Shown piece after piece: positions 61,620 through 64,000 of a stretch of 64,000 bases of DNA. Origin of the DNA: an uncultured Gemmatimonadales bacterium (GTDB lineage: Bacteria > Gemmatimonadota > Gemmatimonadetes > Gemmatimonadales > GWC2-71-9); assembly GCA_963748815.1 (NCBI GenBank), contig CAVVKJ010000005.1, positions 352,001 to 416,000 of the forward strand, read 5' to 3'. Every line of letters starts with the position of its first letter. The stretch's first letter is position 1. The position numbers were made by a program, and so were the translations under genes. Under the pieces are notes generated by a model. It had not been told where the DNA came from. It worked only from the letters and a program-made list of their open reading frames with translations, and made no database searches.

Positions 61620-62204
61620 ATGACGGGACCCTGGGATCGTGGCGACGGCGACCGGCGCGATTTCTTTCGCGGGCTGGTCGGCGATTGGATCGACGGCATC
61701 GTCAAGAAGACCGAGGAGACGGTGGTGCAGAAGCGCTACCACCGTCCGCCGGGCGCGCTGCCGGAAGTGGGATTTCTGACGGCCTGTACCCGCTGCGGCG
61801 ACTGTGGTTCCGTCTGCCCGCCGCACGCGATCCAGTTCGCGGCGCCCAGCGCCGGGCTGGCCGCCGGGACGCCGTTCTTCGATCCGCGCCTGCAGCCATG
61901 CATCGCCTGCCCCGACATGCCGTGCGCCGCGGCCTGTCCCACTGAGGCGCTCACGATCCCCGCCGCCGGCTGGGCCGGTGTCCACATGGGCCACCTGGAG
62001 CTGCTGCCTGAGCGCTGCATCACGTTCCAGGGATCCGAGTGCTCGGTCTGCGCCAAGGCCTGCCCTATCGGCCCGGAGGCGCTCGCCATCGATGACGCTG
62101 GGCACCCGGTGATCCGCGCCGAGGGGTGTGTGGGCTGCGGTGTGTGCGTGCGCGCCTGTGTGACGGCGCCATCGTCGTTCAAACTTCGACCCGTGGGGAC
62201 CTGA
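61620..62204 (+). CDS. NapG/MauM-like 4x[4Fe-4S] ferredoxin
   Basis: DRRDFF, RPPGA, CTRCGDC..VCP, CIACPDMPC..ACP, CSVC..ACP, CVGCGVC...C. Confidence 0.85.
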   Translation: MTGPWDRGDGDRRDFFRGLVGDWIDGIVKKTEETVVQKRYHRPPGALPEVGFLTACTRCGDCGSVCPPHAIQFAAPSAGLAAGTPFFDPRLQPCIACPDMPCAAACPTEALTIPAAGWAGVHMGHLELLPERCITFQGSECSVCAKACPIGPEALAIDDAGHPVIRAEGCVGCGVCVRACVTAPSSFKLRPVGT

Positions 62205-62558
62205 TGCCGGATGTGCCGTACCGAGTGGACAAGCCGTGGGGCTACGAGCTGATTTGGGCCCGCACCGACCGCTACGTGGGCAAGGTGCTGCACGTGAAGG
62301 CGGGCCACGTGCTGAGCCTGCAGTACCACAACAAGAAGGACGAGACGATGCACGTCCTCTCCGGCGAGCTCATTCTCCGCACCCGTCCCGGCGACGTGCT
62401 GGAAGACGCGCGCCTTCCGGGCCGGCGACTCGGTGCACATCCCCGCCGGCCTGGTGCACCAGATCGAGGCGGTGGTGGACAGCGACGTGCTCGAGGCGTC
62501 CACGCCGGAACTCGACGACCTGGTCCGCCTCTCGGACCGCTACGGGCGGAGCAGCTGA
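62204..62558 (+). CDS. Cupin (mannose-6-phosphate isomerase-like), frameshift near 62410
   Basis: VDKPWGYE, LSLQYH..KDET; next frame HIPAGLVHQIEA, EASTPELDDLVRL.DRYGR. Confidence 0.8.
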
Positions 62559-63536
62559 TGCAGGTCATCATCCCTCTGGCGGGGAAGGGAACGCGGTTGA
62601 GGCCCCATACCCACCTCGTCCCCAAGCCGATGCTGAAGGTGGCCGGGCGGCCGGTGATGGACTGGGTCATGGACCGGCTCGAGGGGCTCGACGGTGACGG
62701 AGCTGATCTTCATCACCGGCCACCTTAAGGAAGCGGTGGAGGCCTACTCGAAGGATCGGTACGGCATTCCCTGCCGGTACATCGAGCAGCAGGTCCAGGA
62801 CGGCACCGCGGGGGCCATCAACCTCGCGCGCCCCCACGTGACTGGTCCGGTGCTGATCATCTTCGTCGATACCGTCTTCGAGGCGGATCTCTCGCTCATC
62901 AACCGCACCGACGCCGACGGGATCATCTGGGCCAAGGAGGTCGAGGACTACCAGCGCTTCGGCGTGGTGGTGACCGACGCCGACGGTTTCATGACCCGGA
63001 TCGTTGAGAAGCCCTCCACGCCGATCTCGAAGCTGGCCAACATCGGGCTCTACTTCATCCGCGACGTGGCGTCGCTCTGGGCCGGCATCGACGACGTGCT
63101 GGCCGCGCCCGCCAACAAGGGGGAGTACTACCTGACCGACGCCTTCCAGCGGATGATCGAGAACGGCCGCCGCATCCTGGCCGCCGAGGTCGGCGGCTGG
63201 TACGACTGCGGGGCGCCGGGCACCCTGCTCGAGACCAACGGCATCCTGCTCGAGCAGGGCGCGGCGCGGCGCCGGGACTTTCCCGGCGTGGTCATCAGTG
63301 ACCCGGTCTACATCGAGGACGGCGTCACCATCGAGCGGAGCACCATCGGCCCCAACGTGTCGATCGAGGCGGGGACGCACATCACGGACAGCACCATCCG
63401 GAACACGATCATCGGCCGCGACGCCGTCATCGGCACCTCGTCCCTCGACGGTGCCCTCCTCGGCAACCGTGTGAAGGTGACCGGGCTCCGCGGGACCGCC
63501 AGTCTCGGCGACGACTGCGAGCTCAACGCGCGCTGA
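62558..63536 (+). CDS. Sugar-phosphate nucleotidyltransferase with hexapeptide-repeat C-terminus (frameshift near 62690)
   Basis: LAGKGTRLRPHT..PKPM, RFGVV, VEKP, GEYYLTDA, WYDCG, IGPNVSI. Confidence 0.88.
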
Positions 63537-63588
63537 AACGGGCGCGCCGGCGCTTGACGCGCCCGCCCCGAAGCGAGAGACTACGACC

Positions 63589-64000
63589 ATGGAATCCAAG
63601 GACCTGATCTACGACTGGAACGCCCGGGACGCCGCCTTCGACTACACGCGGCGGCCGGTGGTGCTGAACGACGAGACCCTCCGCGACGGGCTGCAGAGCC
63701 CCTCCGTGATCGACCCGCCGATGGATGTGAAGATCCGTCTCCTGCATCTGATGGCCGATCTCGGCGTCCGGTCCGCGGACATCGGCCTGCCGGGCGCCGG
63801 CCCGCGCGCGGTGGCGCAGGTGCGGGCCCTCGCGAAGGAAATCGTCGAGCAGAAGCTTCCCATCGACATGAACTGCGCGGCTCGCACCGTCATTGCCGAC
63901 GTCGAGCCCATCGTGCGCGTGTCGGACGAGATCGGCGTCCCGATCGAGGCGGCCACCTTCATCGGCAGTTCCGCCATCCGGCAGTACACCGAGGACTGGA
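63589..64000 (+). CDS. 2-isopropylmalate synthase-like DRE-TIM enzyme (3' truncated by window)
   Basis: MESKDLIYDWN...DETLRDGLQSP, DIGLPGAGP, CAART, FIGSSAIRQY; not in the ORF track. Confidence 0.85.
   Translation, partial: MESKDLIYDWNARDAAFDYTRRPVVLNDETLRDGLQSPSVIDPPMDVKIRLLHLMADLGVRSADIGLPGAGPRAVAQVRALAKEIVEQKLPIDMNCAARTVIADVEPIVRVSDEIGVPIEAATFIGSSAIRQYTEDW

Noticed and set aside
61620..62204. Evidence for periplasmic nitrate reduction
   Set aside because: The NapG/MauM-like ferredoxin stands alone, with no napA or napH in the window.

Overview
High-GC (~70%) bacterial chromosome segment. Gene content and order suggest Gemmatimonadota (inference). Many single-base indels, even in housekeeping genes, point to an unpolished long-read assembly. 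Left half: a type IV pilus/competence region (comEA end, pilB-pilT-pilC, pilS-pilR-pilA, a second pilin, a second sigma54 two-component pair, minor pilins, pilMNOPQ). It is interrupted by a ~10 kb accessory block (serine hydrolase, arsR-arsM-acr3-arsC, esterase, TetR/HlyD/ABC-2 exporter, DUF2461). Middle: aroC, aroK, topA, trmFO, xerC, hslVU, a Ser/Thr kinase, argF, gcvT and moaB/mog. The most interesting region is 42.7-51.8 kb. It holds a pseudo-receiver sigma54 activator, a diguanylate cyclase fused to a cofactor-less [FeFe]-hydrogenase-like domain, a conserved hypothetical protein, an unannotated 26-aa peptide ORF with a strong RBS (MLQITWLAAAVKFVANLFLAEGQDWA), a multi-TM HD-GYP protein and a convergent SARP/BTAD-AAA-TPR regulator. 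The putative sensor domains of the last two have a sharply lower GC than their catalytic parts. I read this as a candidate peptide-signalling/c-di-GMP system with exchangeable specificity modules. Right end: a lipoprotein, MoxR, atp(Z/I)BEFH, a REP-flanked IS200-like tyrosine transposase, an M1 peptidase with a putative beta-barrel, a NapG/MauM-like ferredoxin, a cupin, a nucleotidyltransferase and the start of a LeuA-like gene. No rRNA, tRNA or CRISPR array was seen.
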